Shown in pieces: positions 38,126 to 49,041 of a stretch of DNA of 64,000 nt. The stretch's first letter is position 1. Every line of letters starts with the position of its first letter. The notes under the pieces were generated by a model. It was not told the origin of the DNA and ran no database searches. It was given only the letters and a program-made list of their open reading frames with translations. The DNA comes from Negativicutes bacterium. GTDB lineage: Bacteria > Bacillota > Negativicutes > UBA1444. The stretch covers positions 96,001 to 160,000 of the forward strand of contig CAXXIN010000007.1 in the NCBI GenBank assembly GCA_963665275.2, written 5' to 3'. Both the position numbers and the translations under genes were made by a program.

Positions 38126-40174
38126 TTATACCCGGAACTTATGGACCGCCTGGGTCAACTTTTCCGCCAGTCGGGCCAACTCCTCGCTGGCGGAAGCTAT
38201 TTCCTGCGTAGTAGCCGATTGCTCCTCCGTAGCTGCCGCCACGGTCTGGGATTGGCTGGCTGAGTTCCTGCTGATTGCGTCAATATCCTTGACCGATTCC
38301 ACGATTTGCTGGGAGCCCTTGGCCATTTCCTCCATAACGACGGAGATTTCGCTCATTTGCCCTGAGATCTCGTGAATGGCTTCAAATATGTCGGTAAAAG
38401 ATTTTCCGGCGTCGCTTACCGCATCAGCACCGAAACGCACTTCCTTCGTTCCCTCGGTCATCGCTTCAACCGCTTGATTCGTTTCGGTCTGGATTTCGGC
38501 GATTAGCTGGGCTATCTGCTTGGCAGCCGCACCGGATTGTTCCGCCAGTTTTCGGACTTCATCCGCTACCACTGCGAATCCTCGTCCCTGTTCTCCGGCC
38601 CGGGCCGCCTCGATGGCCGCATTTAAAGCCAACAGGTTGGTCTGTGCGGCTATTCCTGTTATCGTAGCAACAATTTGACCAATTTCTTTGGACCGCTCCC
38701 CTAAACGTGTCACCACTTGAGCGGATTCCGAAACCGTTGTTTCGATTGTTCCCATTTGCTTTATTGCCCTATCGACAGACTGACGCCCCAACTCAGCCGC
38801 ATCGACCGATTGCGTCGCATGGCCGGAAATCGCGCCGGCATTGGCGGAAACCTGCTGTATGCCTGCCGATAATTGTCCAATGACCGAACCGGTATCGGCG
38901 ACAGCACCGGCCTGTTTTTCACTTCCCGCCGCCACTACCGCAATAGATGACGCTACCTGGTTGGCCGTCTGGGCAGCCCGTTCGGCGCCCGCAGTCAATT
39001 CTTCCGATGAAGAAGTCAGGCGCTCGCTGGCTTCACCCATTTGCTGGATCAATTTTCGCAAACTACCGGTCATTGTGTTGATCGCCGAAGCCAGCTGCCC
39101 GATTTCATCTTTTGAGGTCGCAGGAATGGCGTCTACCGCAAGGTTTCCTGCCGCAACTTCCTGCACGTTTCCCAGTATTGCGCGAATTGGATTCGCGATG
39201 CTCCTAGCAATCAGGCTGGCGCAGAAAGCGCCTACAGCCATTGTGACTAATGCAATCAATGAAATCATCAGAATCAATTTATTTCGCTCAGCCACCATCG
39301 CAGCAGTGCTTTCACCAGCAAACAGCACTCCGATGATTTTGTTGTCCACACCGACTAACGGCAGATAAGAAGTGAAGTAGTCCTCGCCCAGAACGTCGGC
39401 TCTGGCGCTATATTTTTTGCCGTCCTTGAGAACAGCCTCAGCAATTTCCGCATTGAGTTTGCTTCCGATCGCCCTTTTTCCGTCTTTGATCATCGTGGAT
39501 GCAATCCGCTCATCGCCAAGAAACAGGGTAATATCGGTTCCATACATATGCTTAACCCTATCTACAAAAGAGTCTTTGGTCATATCGTATCCGGCGGAAA
39601 CAACTCCTATAACCTGCCCCTGTTCGTTTTTTATTGGCGCCCCGGCCCGAGTTGTCAGTTTGATGATATTACCCGTCTCGGTTGTTGCAATAGTTGTTCC
39701 TTGCAATGCCTTCTGAACATTTTCCTGGTTGGCTATACTATCGCCTTTCTTTTCGTCGTGGACGCGTACAAGAACGACGCCCTTATCGTCGGTTATTGTA
39801 ACGAAGTCAATCCCGAGTTCCTTCGCAATTGGTGCGCTAATACCCAAAAGAGCCCTTGTATCCTTGAGTATCAACGCCTTGCGGATTTCAGGATTAATGG
39901 ACAAAACCGCAACGCTCTTCAATGCATCATTTTTTTGGTTTTCCACCTCATTTTTTAGTCCTTCGACCCCCTGGCGGGCGCTTTGAAAATTTGTCATCGC
40001 CAAGCTGTTCGAAAACTGGTATAAGGCAGGAACTGTCGTCGCAATGACGGCTATCGCAATTACCACCGAAATATAGAGAATCATCCGGGTCCGTAATCTC
40101 ATCGAAAGGCCCCTAAAGTTCACCACCGAAGCGCAACTGATTCCGAAGCGTTTGGACATCACTAATTCCGTCAT
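38126..40174 (-). CDS. Methyl-accepting chemotaxis protein (Cache-type sensor, HAMP)
   Basis: [34 protein letters not shown]; two TM segments. Confidence 0.95.
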   Translation of the reverse strand: MTELVMSKRFGISCASVVNFRGLSMRLRTRMILYISVVIAIAVIATTVPALYQFSNSLAMTNFQSARQGVEGLKNEVENQKNDALKSVAVLSINPEIRKALILKDTRALLGISAPIAKELGIDFVTITDDKGVVLVRVHDEKKGDSIANQENVQKALQGTTIATTETGNIIKLTTRAGAPIKNEQGQVIGVVSAGYDMTKDSFVDRVKHMYGTDITLFLGDERIASTMIKDGKRAIGSKLNAEIAEAVLKDGKKYSARADVLGEDYFTSYLPLVGVDNKIIGVLFAGESTAAMVAERNKLILMISLIALVTMAVGAFCASLIARSIANPIRAILGNVQEVAAGNLAVDAIPATSKDEIGQLASAINTMTGSLRKLIQQMGEASERLTSSSEELTAGAERAAQTANQVASSIAVVAAGSEKQAGAVADTGSVIGQLSAGIQQVSANAGAISGHATQSVDAAELGRQSVDRAIKQMGTIETTVSESAQVVTRLGERSKEIGQIVATITGIAAQTNLLALNAAIEAARAGEQGRGFAVVADEVRKLAEQSGAAAKQIAQLIAEIQTETNQAVEAMTEGTKEVRFGADAVSDAGKSFTDIFEAIHEISGQMSEISVVMEEMAKGSQQIVESVKDIDAISRNSASQSQTVAAATEEQSATTQEIASASEELARLAEKLTQAVHKFRV

Positions 40175-40474
40175 GATACTTCACCCTTTCTTTTTCGCAC
40201 TTATCAACAGAAAACATAATCCATACGGCCATTTTCGCACCAGGAACGGGTTGTTCAGACCTTCAGACCTATCGTAGCATTATAAAAGGCTTGAAATGTT
40301 AGCAACCAGTTAGGTTCTTGTTAAGCTCAATTTTGTCCGAAATACAAAAAAGGGTTCCAATAGCGCCCCTGTTCTTACCGCATTGGCAGGAACAACCTTC
40401 TCTGGGCAGGAAAACTTCTGCCGCTTGTCAAATTCTATCAAAGTATATCTTCAATTGGGAAAGGGGACTTCATT

Positions 40475-40915
40475 TTGCAGCAACTCCATCCTTATGGCAG
40501 CGGATTCAAAAGATTTCTGGCCTTTATGATTGATTCCCTACTGCTTGGCGCCATCGGTGCTGGCGTTGACCTTGCTTTCGGCGCCTCGGCGCGATTGGCC
40601 GTCGAATCCCTCGGACAGCAGACCGGCTTCCCCGCTTTTATCAAACTTGGGTTTCATCTCTTCTACTGGCCGCTGTTTGAAAGTTCCGCCTGGCAGGCTA
40701 CTCCCGGCAAACGACTCTGCCGACTGTACGTGACCGATCTGTCGGCAAACCGACTGACCTTCGCCAGAGCATTCATCCGGAATATTGCCAAGTTGATTTC
40801 GCTGCTTCCCCTCGGCTTCGGGTTCCTGATGGTTGCTGTCACAATCCGAAATCAGTGCCTCCATGATAAAATAGCCGGAACACTAGTAATGAAAAAGAAA
40901 AAACCGTTGCAGTAA
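40475..40915 (+). CDS. RDD family protein
   Basis: KRFLAFMID, QATPGK, LHDKIAGT. Confidence 0.88.
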   Translation: MQQLHPYGSGFKRFLAFMIDSLLLGAIGAGVDLAFGASARLAVESLGQQTGFPAFIKLGFHLFYWPLFESSAWQATPGKRLCRLYVTDLSANRLTFARAFIRNIAKLISLLPLGFGFLMVAVTIRNQCLHDKIAGTLVMKKKKPLQ

Positions 40916-41041
40916 TTAAATAAATTTTATACACTATTTATTATTATACTTGTTATATATTTTACAGTTTATATTTCAGTACTATAAGAACTTAAAAATT
41001 AGCTATTAAATCGAATCTTGAATTTAAAATTTTTCTTCCCG

Positions 41042-41079
41042 ATAAAAAACGACTTGGCCTGCGCCAAGTCGTTTTTTAT
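41042..41079. terminator. Bidirectional intrinsic terminator
   Basis: ATAAAAAACGACTTGGC-ctgc-GCCAAGTCGTTTTTTAT. Confidence 0.85.
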
Positions 41080-41104
41080 TCGCATATCCTGCCCGTCTTT
41101 TCGT

Positions 41105-44100
41105 CTAATGCTGTAGCAGCAACAGGACTTCCTCTTCAGGAATGGGGCGGCTGAACACAAAACCCTGAATGATATCGCACCCCAATAGTTTCAGTTTATC
41201 TGCCTGACTTTCACGCTCCACACCTTCAGCCACGACTTGTATATCGAGGGAATGCGCCATTTCGATGATAAAGCGCACAAATCGTTCCTGCGACGCATCT
41301 TCTAGAATCGGATCGATGAAGGATTTGTCGATCTTCAGTGTGTTGACAGGCAGATGTCGAAGGTAAGTCAGTGATGAGTAACCGGTTCCGAAGTCGTCCA
41401 AGGCTAAATGGACTCCCATTTTTTTTAGAATCAGTAGTTTTCGGGTGCTGTCTTCCATGGATTCGATGAGCACGTTTTCTGTGACCTCGATTTCGAGCTG
41501 AGCCGCGTCTATTCCCGTCTCTGTCAGACTGTCCTGGACCATGTCCACGAAATCTTCCGCTACCAACTGGCGAGGCGAAATATTGACAGCAACCCTGAGT
41601 CCAGGAAATCCATTTTCATTCAGCCGCTTCATGAATCGGCAGGCCTGGCGTAGAACATACTGGCCAATTGGGCGGATCAGGCCGCTTTGTTCGGCCAGCG
41701 GTATAAACCGCGCAGGAGATATGGCTCCATGTTCTGGTGAATTCCATCGCAGCAGGGCTTCGATCGCGACGATGTGTCCGTCGTTGCAGGTGAACTGCGG
41801 TTGAAAATGGAGGAAGAGTTCTTCCCTTTCAATCGCCTTGCGCAGGCTGTTGGTGAGAATCATCCGTTTGTACGATTCATCACCAATCGTGGGATCATAG
41901 AAACACCAGCAGTCTTTGCCCTTTGCTTTGGCGGCATACATCGCACTATCGGCATTTTTGAGAATATCTTCGGCGTTATCGCCGTCCTCCGGATAAAACG
42001 CAATGCCCAGACTGGCCGAAAGGTGGATATGTTCACCGGATACAGCATAGTCCATGCTGAGCATCTGAACCAGTTTATCCGCCAAGGTTGCTACTGTTTC
42101 ACGGGATCTTACCCCATAGAGATTGACGATAAATTCATCGCCGCCAATTCTGGAGACGAAAGTATCTGAATCCAGTACTGCAGCCCTGATCAAATGCCCA
42201 GCTGCAATGATGACAGCGTCGCCGAACGAGTGTCCATAATTGTCATTAACCAGCTTCAAGTCATCGATGTCGATGAAGATGACCGCTCCGCCGGAAGACT
42301 CCTTTTTCGCCCGGTTCATCTCGTTTTCGAGATGAACCGTCAGGGAATGACGATTCGCCAGACCTGTCAGCGTATCATGAAAAGCAAGGGACTGAGTTTC
42401 TTTATACAGATACGCGTTTTTTAACGCAATGGATGCCGCCCGGGCAAACTGATCCAGAACAGATAGTTGATCGTCGTCTATTTCAACAATTTCACCAAAT
42501 GTAGCCAACCCTATGACACCAATTGCTTTGCCGTCCATCATTAACGGCGCCTGAACCGCCGAGGTGATTTCATCAAAGAACGGGGCTGCGATCCGCTCAG
42601 GCCAGCCCTGATAATCTTCCAGATAAAAAACTTCTCCTGTCCTGATGACATGGGCTGCCAATCCGGTCAGAGGAATGATCGCGCCGTCCTTTTCTACATG
42701 CCGGCCTTTGACATTGGTGAATTTCAAAGTTTGCCCATCCGGCTGCAATAATAAAACGAACCCGCTGGCAATGCCGATCAGTTCCGAAGCCCTCTCCAGA
42801 ATTTCGCTCAGGATGGTTTCGATATCCAGCTGCCCGACCACAGAATTCGTGATTCGTGACAACGCCTGCAGCAACTGGTTTTGGCGCGTAATTTTCGACT
42901 GATTCACCGAACGTTCCAGCGCTACCGAAGCGAAATTTCCATATTGCCGCAAAATATCCAGTTCTTCCTGCGTCGGGCAACGAGGATTATCGACCCAGTT
43001 GGCGGACAGCACTCCCACAACCTTGCCGGCTTGGCGCAAGGGAACTGTGATGAGTGTCGTCATGCGTTCCATTGCCGCCACATTCAGGCGTTCAGGGTAG
43101 GTTCGATAATCTTCGACCCACATGACTTCCCCTGTTTGGAATACCTGACCGCGGACGCCGCCAATAGGCGATTGAGCAACTCCAATATAGGCCTCGGTAG
43201 TACCGAACGCATGATGGATAAAAAAGGCTTTCTTTCGTTCATCATACAGACCAATATACCCTTCCGGCGCTTTGATGAGTTGCAGCGCATCGCGTAGGAT
43301 AGTCTGCAGCAGTTCTTCGGTCTGATCCACCGGCTTTAAGAGAAAACTGGTAATCGCACGATACTGCCGCTCGCGGACGGACAGTTCTTCTTCTTTCTGC
43401 TGACGGATGGCGATTTCTTCTTCCAACTGTTGGTTAATGGTTTCGAGCACCTGATTGACGCTGGAGACCTCTTCGTTCATGGCGACCAGTTCCTCGTTGG
43501 CTGCTGATAGCTCCGCCGTCCTCTGATCCACCTGGGCCTCAAGTTGTTCTGTAAGTTTCTGCAAGGCCTCCTCGGCCTGTTTGCGCTCTGTAATATCGAT
43601 TCCGATTCCGGCGAAATAGGTCCTACCCCCGATCGTGAGCGGAACCGCCGTAAAGAACATGGGCAGAATCGTGCCATCCTTCTTCTTCAACCCGGCCTCA
43701 GCGTTGGCAAACCCGACCTGCATGGCTCGCTCAACTTCTTTGGAAATTCGTTCACTCGTCGCAGTATCGCCCTCGTACCAGTCCAGCAGATGCTTTTGGG
43801 CCATTTCCTCCGCCGAGTAGCCCGTCATCTCCTCGTGTTTCTTGTTCCAGCGAACGATCTTCCCTGAATCATCGTAAAGGTACAACATACCGGGCACACT
43901 GTCGAAAATGGCATCCGTGAGCGCCCGTTCAACACGCAGCGCTTCTTCGGTTTGTATGGACACAGTAATATCGCGGCCTACACCAATGATAGCCCGCGGG
44001 TTCCCAGCCTCATCACGCACCAGGTTATCCTGCCAGGCCAACCATCGCCACCCCTTGGCGGTCATGGCACGCTGTTCCAGATAGCAGTGATACGGTGGGC

Positions 44101-44329
44101 TAAATATAGTTGAAACCGCATTCGCAGTTGCCGCTCTATCGTCTTCATGCACAAGAGGCATGAATTTTTTGCCCAGCAAATCCTCTGCCGGGATACCGAA
44201 AGTCTGGCAATAAGAGGGACTCACATAAAGAAATCTTCCTTCCAAATCGACCTTCACTACCAAGTCAGTCTGGTTTTCCACCAGTAAACGGAAGTCTTCT
44301 TCATTGCCAAGAAAGTTCGAGTGTGTCAA
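41105..44329 (-). CDS. PAS-PAS-GAF-GAF-GGDEF-EAL diguanylate cyclase/phosphodiesterase
   Basis: Intact RIGGDEF, IEALLRW, DDFGTGYSS, VVAEGVE. Confidence 0.94.
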   Translation of the reverse strand: MTHSNFLGNEEDFRLLVENQTDLVVKVDLEGRFLYVSPSYCQTFGIPAEDLLGKKFMPLVHEDDRAATANAVSTIFSPPYHCYLEQRAMTAKGWRWLAWQDNLVRDEAGNPRAIIGVGRDITVSIQTEEALRVERALTDAIFDSVPGMLYLYDDSGKIVRWNKKHEEMTGYSAEEMAQKHLLDWYEGDTATSERISKEVERAMQVGFANAEAGLKKKDGTILPMFFTAVPLTIGGRTYFAGIGIDITERKQAEEALQKLTEQLEAQVDQRTAELSAANEELVAMNEEVSSVNQVLETINQQLEEEIAIRQQKEEELSVRERQYRAITSFLLKPVDQTEELLQTILRDALQLIKAPEGYIGLYDERKKAFFIHHAFGTTEAYIGVAQSPIGGVRGQVFQTGEVMWVEDYRTYPERLNVAAMERMTTLITVPLRQAGKVVGVLSANWVDNPRCPTQEELDILRQYGNFASVALERSVNQSKITRQNQLLQALSRITNSVVGQLDIETILSEILERASELIGIASGFVLLLQPDGQTLKFTNVKGRHVEKDGAIIPLTGLAAHVIRTGEVFYLEDYQGWPERIAAPFFDEITSAVQAPLMMDGKAIGVIGLATFGEIVEIDDDQLSVLDQFARAASIALKNAYLYKETQSLAFHDTLTGLANRHSLTVHLENEMNRAKKESSGGAVIFIDIDDLKLVNDNYGHSFGDAVIIAAGHLIRAAVLDSDTFVSRIGGDEFIVNLYGVRSRETVATLADKLVQMLSMDYAVSGEHIHLSASLGIAFYPEDGDNAEDILKNADSAMYAAKAKGKDCWCFYDPTIGDESYKRMILTNSLRKAIEREELFLHFQPQFTCNDGHIVAIEALLRWNSPEHGAISPARFIPLAEQSGLIRPIGQYVLRQACRFMKRLNENGFPGLRVAVNISPRQLVAEDFVDMVQDSLTETGIDAAQLEIEVTENVLIESMEDSTRKLLILKKMGVHLALDDFGTGYSSLTYLRHLPVNTLKIDKSFIDPILEDASQERFVRFIIEMAHSLDIQVVAEGVERESQADKLKLLGCDIIQGFVFSRPIPEEEVLLLLQH

Positions 44330-44383
44330 ACCCTCAGCTCCTTCGGTTTTCCTGCGAATACAAAGAAAAATCTATTCCAAAGG

Positions 44384-45257
44384 TCAGAACTCCACCGATG
44401 TGCCGCAGAAGGCAGGGATAAACTTCTCGCCGAATATCTGGGAGAGTCTCGCCATAACCGCAAACCCGGTACAATGGTTGGAAGCGATGAAATCAGGATT
44501 GAACCATTCGAGCGCTGCCAATGTGGCATTTTTTTGCGGATCGGAGGTGGGTCCCAGATGTGTGCCGCCCAGCAATCCATGGACTTTGATGGAGCCGGTC
44601 AGTTTCAAGCCATGATTCACCATATTGATGATTCCGGAGTGTGCGCAGCCCCCCAGCACCACGAGGCCCTTGCTGCAGCGGATATAAATGGCCATATCAT
44701 CCGTCAGCGGGTCACTGTGGAAGGGATCCTGGAGCTCACCGCCATCACAGTCGCAATCGGTGTCGGCCACTACCAGATGTGCATCCCCTTCTTCGTAAGC
44801 CGTCTCGCGCGGAACCGGACCGCTGATCCAGAGATTCGGGACCAATTCCTGCGGCTCTTCCACGCTGCGAAAATCCGCACCCAGACTCACCAGATATTCG
44901 CGGGTAAAGGGTACGCCAACAAAACGGCAGTTGTTGCCGGTCACCGAGTACCGGGGGGTGAAGATATCCGGGTGACTGAATACCGGGATTTTTTTCGCCG
45001 CCATCTTCAGCAGGTCGGCTAATCCACCGGTATGGTCATAATGTCCGTGGCTCAGAACGATGGCATCCAGTTCCCTCGGGTGGATACCCAGCAGGCCCAA
45101 ATTATGCACCACTACATCGGAGGGACCGGCGTCAAACAAAATGCGATTCGTTCCCTGTCTCGATCAATACCGCTAGGCCATGTTCCCCGCGGAACGGCGC
45201 TTTGGCTCCCGGTGGAACATTATTGTCAACAACAACAGTAACTTTCAACGAATTCAT
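44384..45257 (-). CDS. MBL-fold metallo-hydrolase, one +1 frameshift near the N-terminus
   Basis: MNSLKVTVVVDN...GEHGLAVLIE joins ILFDAG if one base is removed at C3 45153-45155; SHGHYDHTGG, GCAHSG, GGTH, HCTG. Confidence 0.85.
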
Positions 45258-45354
45258 CCCCTTTCCAGAATATTTAAATTGGCTCTGCGGGGTTAAAATT
45301 CCTGCAAAAAAATGCCTTTCCCGCTAAGAAACTTATACTTTCTCGTATGGACAA

Positions 45355-45383
45355 AAAACCTGCGGCGATTCACCGCAGGTTTT
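45355..45383 (-). terminator. Intrinsic terminator after kdgK
   Basis: AAAACCTGCGG...CCGCAGGTTTT. Confidence 0.75.
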
Positions 45384-45423
45384 GCATCGGTTCTGTGCGT
45401 CAGGGGCGGATCATGCGGAGCGG

Positions 45424-46446
45424 CTAACGCTGGACGCGGCCCGAGCCGTCACCCGCCATAAGCGCCTTGACTTCAGCCAGCGTGACGTGATTGTGATCAC
45501 CTTCAACACTGTGTTTCAGGCAGGAATTCGCCACCGCAAACTCCAGCGTTTCCTGCGGCGCCATGTTATTGAGCATGGCAAAAATCAGACCGCCGGCGAA
45601 TGAGTCGCCGCCGCCGACCCGATCGATGATGTGCACTGGATATTCACGGGAGAAATAATGGACGCCGTCGACGAACAGCATCGCGGCCCAAGTATTGTCC
45701 GAAGCCGAGATGCTGCCGCGCAGGGTGATGGCAACCGATTTAAATCCGAATCGGTCGGTCAGTTGTTTGGCAACATCCTTGTACCCGTCATGGCTGAGAG
45801 ACGCGCTCGTGACATCTGTACTGTGCGCCTTGATGCCGAATACTTTGTCGGCATCCTCCTCGTTGGCAATGCAGACGTCGACAAACGGCATGAACTGCGC
45901 CATCGTCTGACCGGCTTGTTCACTGGTCCAGAGGTTTTTGCGGAAATTCAGGTCGCAGCTGACAGTCAGGCCGGCAGCTTTGGCAGCCTTGCAGGCGTCA
46001 AGCACACATTCGGCGACATTTTCGCCCAGCGCCGGCGTAATTCCGGTAAAATGGAACCAGGTAGCGCCTGCAAAGATCTGCTTCCAGTCAAAGTCGGCCT
46101 TTTTCGCAGTTGAGATCGACGAAAGTTTGCGGTCGTAGACCACCTTGGACGGCCGTTGGGAAGCGCCTTTCTCCAGGAAATAGATGCCGAGACGCTCACC
46201 GCCGCGGAGCATCCAACGGGTATCGACACCATAACGGCGCATTTCGTTTACGGCCGACTGTCCAATCGGGTTATCCGGAATGCGGGTCACCAACCCGGCA
46301 TCAATGCCGAAATTCGCCAACGCCACGCACACATTGGCTTCACCACCGCCATAGACCACTTCCAGCGCCGCAGCCTGCTCGAATCGCAGATAGCCGGGAG
46401 GCGCCAGTCGGAGCATGATTTCCCCAAAACATACAACTTGTGACAT
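45424..46446 (-). CDS. kdgK: 2-keto-3-deoxygluconate kinase (PfkB family)
   Basis: FGEIMLRL, GGGEANV, DRVGGGDSFAGG, SGRVQR; adjacent to eda. Confidence 0.9.
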   Translation of the reverse strand: MSQVVCFGEIMLRLAPPGYLRFEQAAALEVVYGGGEANVCVALANFGIDAGLVTRIPDNPIGQSAVNEMRRYGVDTRWMLRGGERLGIYFLEKGASQRPSKVVYDRKLSSISTAKKADFDWKQIFAGATWFHFTGITPALGENVAECVLDACKAAKAAGLTVSCDLNFRKNLWTSEQAGQTMAQFMPFVDVCIANEEDADKVFGIKAHSTDVTSASLSHDGYKDVAKQLTDRFGFKSVAITLRGSISASDNTWAAMLFVDGVHYFSREYPVHIIDRVGGGDSFAGGLIFAMLNNMAPQETLEFAVANSCLKHSVEGDHNHVTLAEVKALMAGDGSGRVQR

Positions 46447-46459
46447 TATTTCGCGCCTC

Positions 46460-47107
46460 CTATTTTTCCCGCGCTTGGCGGACTTTTTCTACGAATTGCC
46501 GGCCGATGTCGGTGATGGACTGATAATCCCCTTTCTTGGCGCCGGCTGTTAAATTTCCACCTACGCCAACCGCTACGCAGCCGGCTTTGATCCACTCGGA
46601 AACGTTTTCCAGACTCACGCCGCCGGTCGGCATCAACGGAGCCTGCGGCAACGGTCCTTTCACGGCTTTAACGAAAGTCGGCCCCAGGGTTTCGCCCGGG
46701 AATACCTTGACGATGTCGGCGCCTGCTTCCATCGCTTCGATGATTTCCTTGATCGTCTGTGCTCCCGGCATACAGGGAACCTGATAACGGTTGCACAACT
46801 TCACCGTTTCCACGTTAAGCGAGGGACATACGATATATTGGGCTCCGGCGAGGATCGCCAAGCGTGCGGTTTCGGGGTCCAGCACCGTGCCGGCGCCTAG
46901 TATCAGCTCGCCTGACTTGTAGGTGGCTGCCAATTCCTTGATCACGTCGGCTGCGCCCGGAACGGTGAACGTGATCTCGATCGCCGCGACCCCGCCTTTG
47001 ATGCAGGCATCGGCGATTTTCTTCGCCTGATCGGCATTTTCAGCCCTCACTACGGCAACCACACCTGAAGCCATCAACTGCTCCAACAATTTCAATTTCG
47101 GAATCAT
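46460..47107 (-). CDS. eda: KDPG/KHG aldolase
   Basis: VAVVR, IEIT, GAGTVLD, VKVFPG, MPTGGV. Confidence 0.93.
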   Translation of the reverse strand: MIPKLKLLEQLMASGVVAVVRAENADQAKKIADACIKGGVAAIEITFTVPGAADVIKELAATYKSGELILGAGTVLDPETARLAILAGAQYIVCPSLNVETVKLCNRYQVPCMPGAQTIKEIIEAMEAGADIVKVFPGETLGPTFVKAVKGPLPQAPLMPTGGVSLENVSEWIKAGCVAVGVGGNLTAGAKKGDYQSITDIGRQFVEKVRQAREK

Positions 47108-47129
47108 ATTATCTCCTCCTTATTTTAAT

Positions 47130-47139
47130 AAACCGGTTT
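47130..47139. promoter_or_regulatory. LacI-type (KdgR-like) operator
   Basis: Palindrome AAACCGGTTT just upstream of the eda SD, next to a LacI-family gene. Confidence 0.6.
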
Positions 47140-47201
47140 TGTAAATTTCTATTTCTCCACGAAAATCAAAAAATCCTGCTACAAATCACTAATAGTGAAA
47201 A

Positions 47202-48230
47202 TTACTCCCCTTTTTCGCCGCACGAACTGCGAATGATCAGCGTCGGTTCATAGTATTCCAGGGACGGTTGCACATCCTCCAGTTCACCCCGGATTCGCTG
47301 GACCAATCTCTCTGTAGCCCGACGCCCCATTTCATAGGATGGTTGGGCCACAACCGTTATCGGCGTGAGCAGGTAAGGCGCCCACTCCCAATCATCGAAG
47401 CCCATTACGGCCATATCTTGAGGAATGCGGATATGCCGATTCGTAAGCAGCCGCACCAGAGACATCGTCATCAGGTCATTAGCGCCAAACAACGCTGTCG
47501 GTCGGGGTCCGGGACCTTGAAGAAGCCGGTCCAGTCGCTCGGAAAGAACGGTCTCTTCATTGGCTGTCTCGACCAGCCATTCCTCATGGAAAGGCAATCC
47601 ATACTCCTGCATGAAATCCCGATAAGCCTGCGTTCTGTCGCGTCTGGGCGTCACCGGACTTTCGCTGTAGGGAAGCACAAAAAAAGCGATCCGGCTATGC
47701 CCCTGCGCCATCAGATGGCGGATTCCCATTCCGATTCCGGCACGGTTATCCACGGTTACCGTGTCGACGCCAATCTCCGGCACGTGACGCGAAAACAGCA
47801 CGACTGGCGTTCCGTTGGCGTTCAGTTCCCGCAGAACCTCGTTATTTCGCCCGGTTGTACTGATGAGGATGCCGTCGATCTGCTTGGATTCCAGCGTATG
47901 GAGGTATTCCAGTTCCTGCTGAGGATCATCGTCCGCATTGCACAGGATCAAGTGAAAGCCCGCTTCCTTGCAATAGTCTTCCGCTCCCCGGATCGTATTG
48001 GTCATGAAAGGGTTCAGGATACTGGAGACGACGGCCGCTATGGTATGCGTCTTTTTTTGTTTGAGGCTTCGCGCCAGCGCATTGGGGCGATATTCCATCT
48101 CCGCGATAACCTCTTTGATCCGCTGCCGTGTTTCCACACTCATATACTCGTATCTCCCGTTGAGATACTGTGATACCGTGCTTTTGGAAACCCCAGCCGC
48201 ACGGGCTACATCATTGATTGTTACTGCCAA
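47202..48230 (-). CDS. LacI family transcriptional regulator (KdgR-like)
   Basis: TINDVARAAGVSKSTVS, YRPNALARSL, GFDD. Confidence 0.93.
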   Translation of the reverse strand: MAVTINDVARAAGVSKSTVSQYLNGRYEYMSVETRQRIKEVIAEMEYRPNALARSLKQKKTHTIAAVVSSILNPFMTNTIRGAEDYCKEAGFHLILCNADDDPQQELEYLHTLESKQIDGILISTTGRNNEVLRELNANGTPVVLFSRHVPEIGVDTVTVDNRAGIGMGIRHLMAQGHSRIAFFVLPYSESPVTPRRDRTQAYRDFMQEYGLPFHEEWLVETANEETVLSERLDRLLQGPGPRPTALFGANDLMTMSLVRLLTNRHIRIPQDMAVMGFDDWEWAPYLLTPITVVAQPSYEMGRRATERLVQRIRGELEDVQPSLEYYEPTLIIRSSCGEKGE

Positions 48231-48306
48231 TCCAGCTACACCTTCTTCCTGTTTCAGCTTATGCCGATTTCGGGATTCTAATGCAAAATTCGTGCTGCGA
48301 TCCCAT

Positions 48307-49041
48307 TCATGCCGGCGTATTTAGCCCTCTTGCCGCCTCTTGATCCAGGAGCCAGAGCATTTGTCGGGCTGCTTTGATTTTTCCGGCCGGATACTCTGGT
48401 CCCTTTTCCCCTCCGCCCAGCACGGCTTCAAGCAAATATCTCTTATCCGCACCGGTTACCAGGAACAGGATCGTATCGGTCGCATTCAACAATGGGAGTG
48501 TCAGGCTGATTCTCTGCCTCACACCAGTTGGCGACAGCGTCGCTGCGACCCAATGTGTCATCTCTCCGAGCGCAGGGCTGCCTGGGAACAGGGATGCTGT
48601 ATGTCCGTCGGTTCCCATTCCCAACACCGTCAGATCCAGAGCAGCTCCCAGGCCAAGGGTTCCCCTTAGTTTGGCCTCATACGATGCGACCGCTTCGGCA
48701 GGCTCCAACCCTTCGGTGGGAATCCCATGCACCTGCGCCGTATTCACCGGAACTTTTGAGAACAACGCCTCATAGGCCACGCCAAAATTACTGTCGGGAT
48801 GATCATACGGAACCCAGCGTTCATCGACCCAAAACCAGTGAATCCGGTCCCAGAGTATCCGCTCCCGCCAGGGACTCTGCGTCAGCCGCTCATAAACGGC
48901 CACCGGAGTACGGCCGCCGGACAAGGCCGCACAAGCCGTTCCCTTTGCAGACACTGCCGCTTCCAATACCCGCGTGATTTCTTCCGCAGCGTCGTCTATC
49001 CAGGCGCGGATATCCGGCGCAACCTTTACAACAGTCGCCAT
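48307..49041 (-). CDS. pgl: 6-phosphogluconolactonase
   Basis: LSGGRTP, DERWVP, SNF, GMGTDGHTASLFP. Confidence 0.95.
   Translation of the reverse strand: MATVVKVAPDIRAWIDDAAEEITRVLEAAVSAKGTACAALSGGRTPVAVYERLTQSPWRERILWDRIHWFWVDERWVPYDHPDSNFGVAYEALFSKVPVNTAQVHGIPTEGLEPAEAVASYEAKLRGTLGLGAALDLTVLGMGTDGHTASLFPGSPALGEMTHWVAATLSPTGVRQRISLTLPLLNATDTILFLVTGADKRYLLEAVLGGGEKGPEYPAGKIKAARQMLWLLDQEAARGLNTPA

Noticed and set aside
40175-40340. c-di-GMP riboswitch upstream of the MCP gene
   Set aside because: Characteristic GCAAAC/GACGCAAAG motifs not found
40916-41041. dif site
   Set aside because: No convincing XerD arm (TTATGTAAA)
47268-48173. Long antisense ORFs (e.g. 301 aa here, 36219..37373, 9312..10124)
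   Set aside because: Shadows of well-supported genes on the opposite strand
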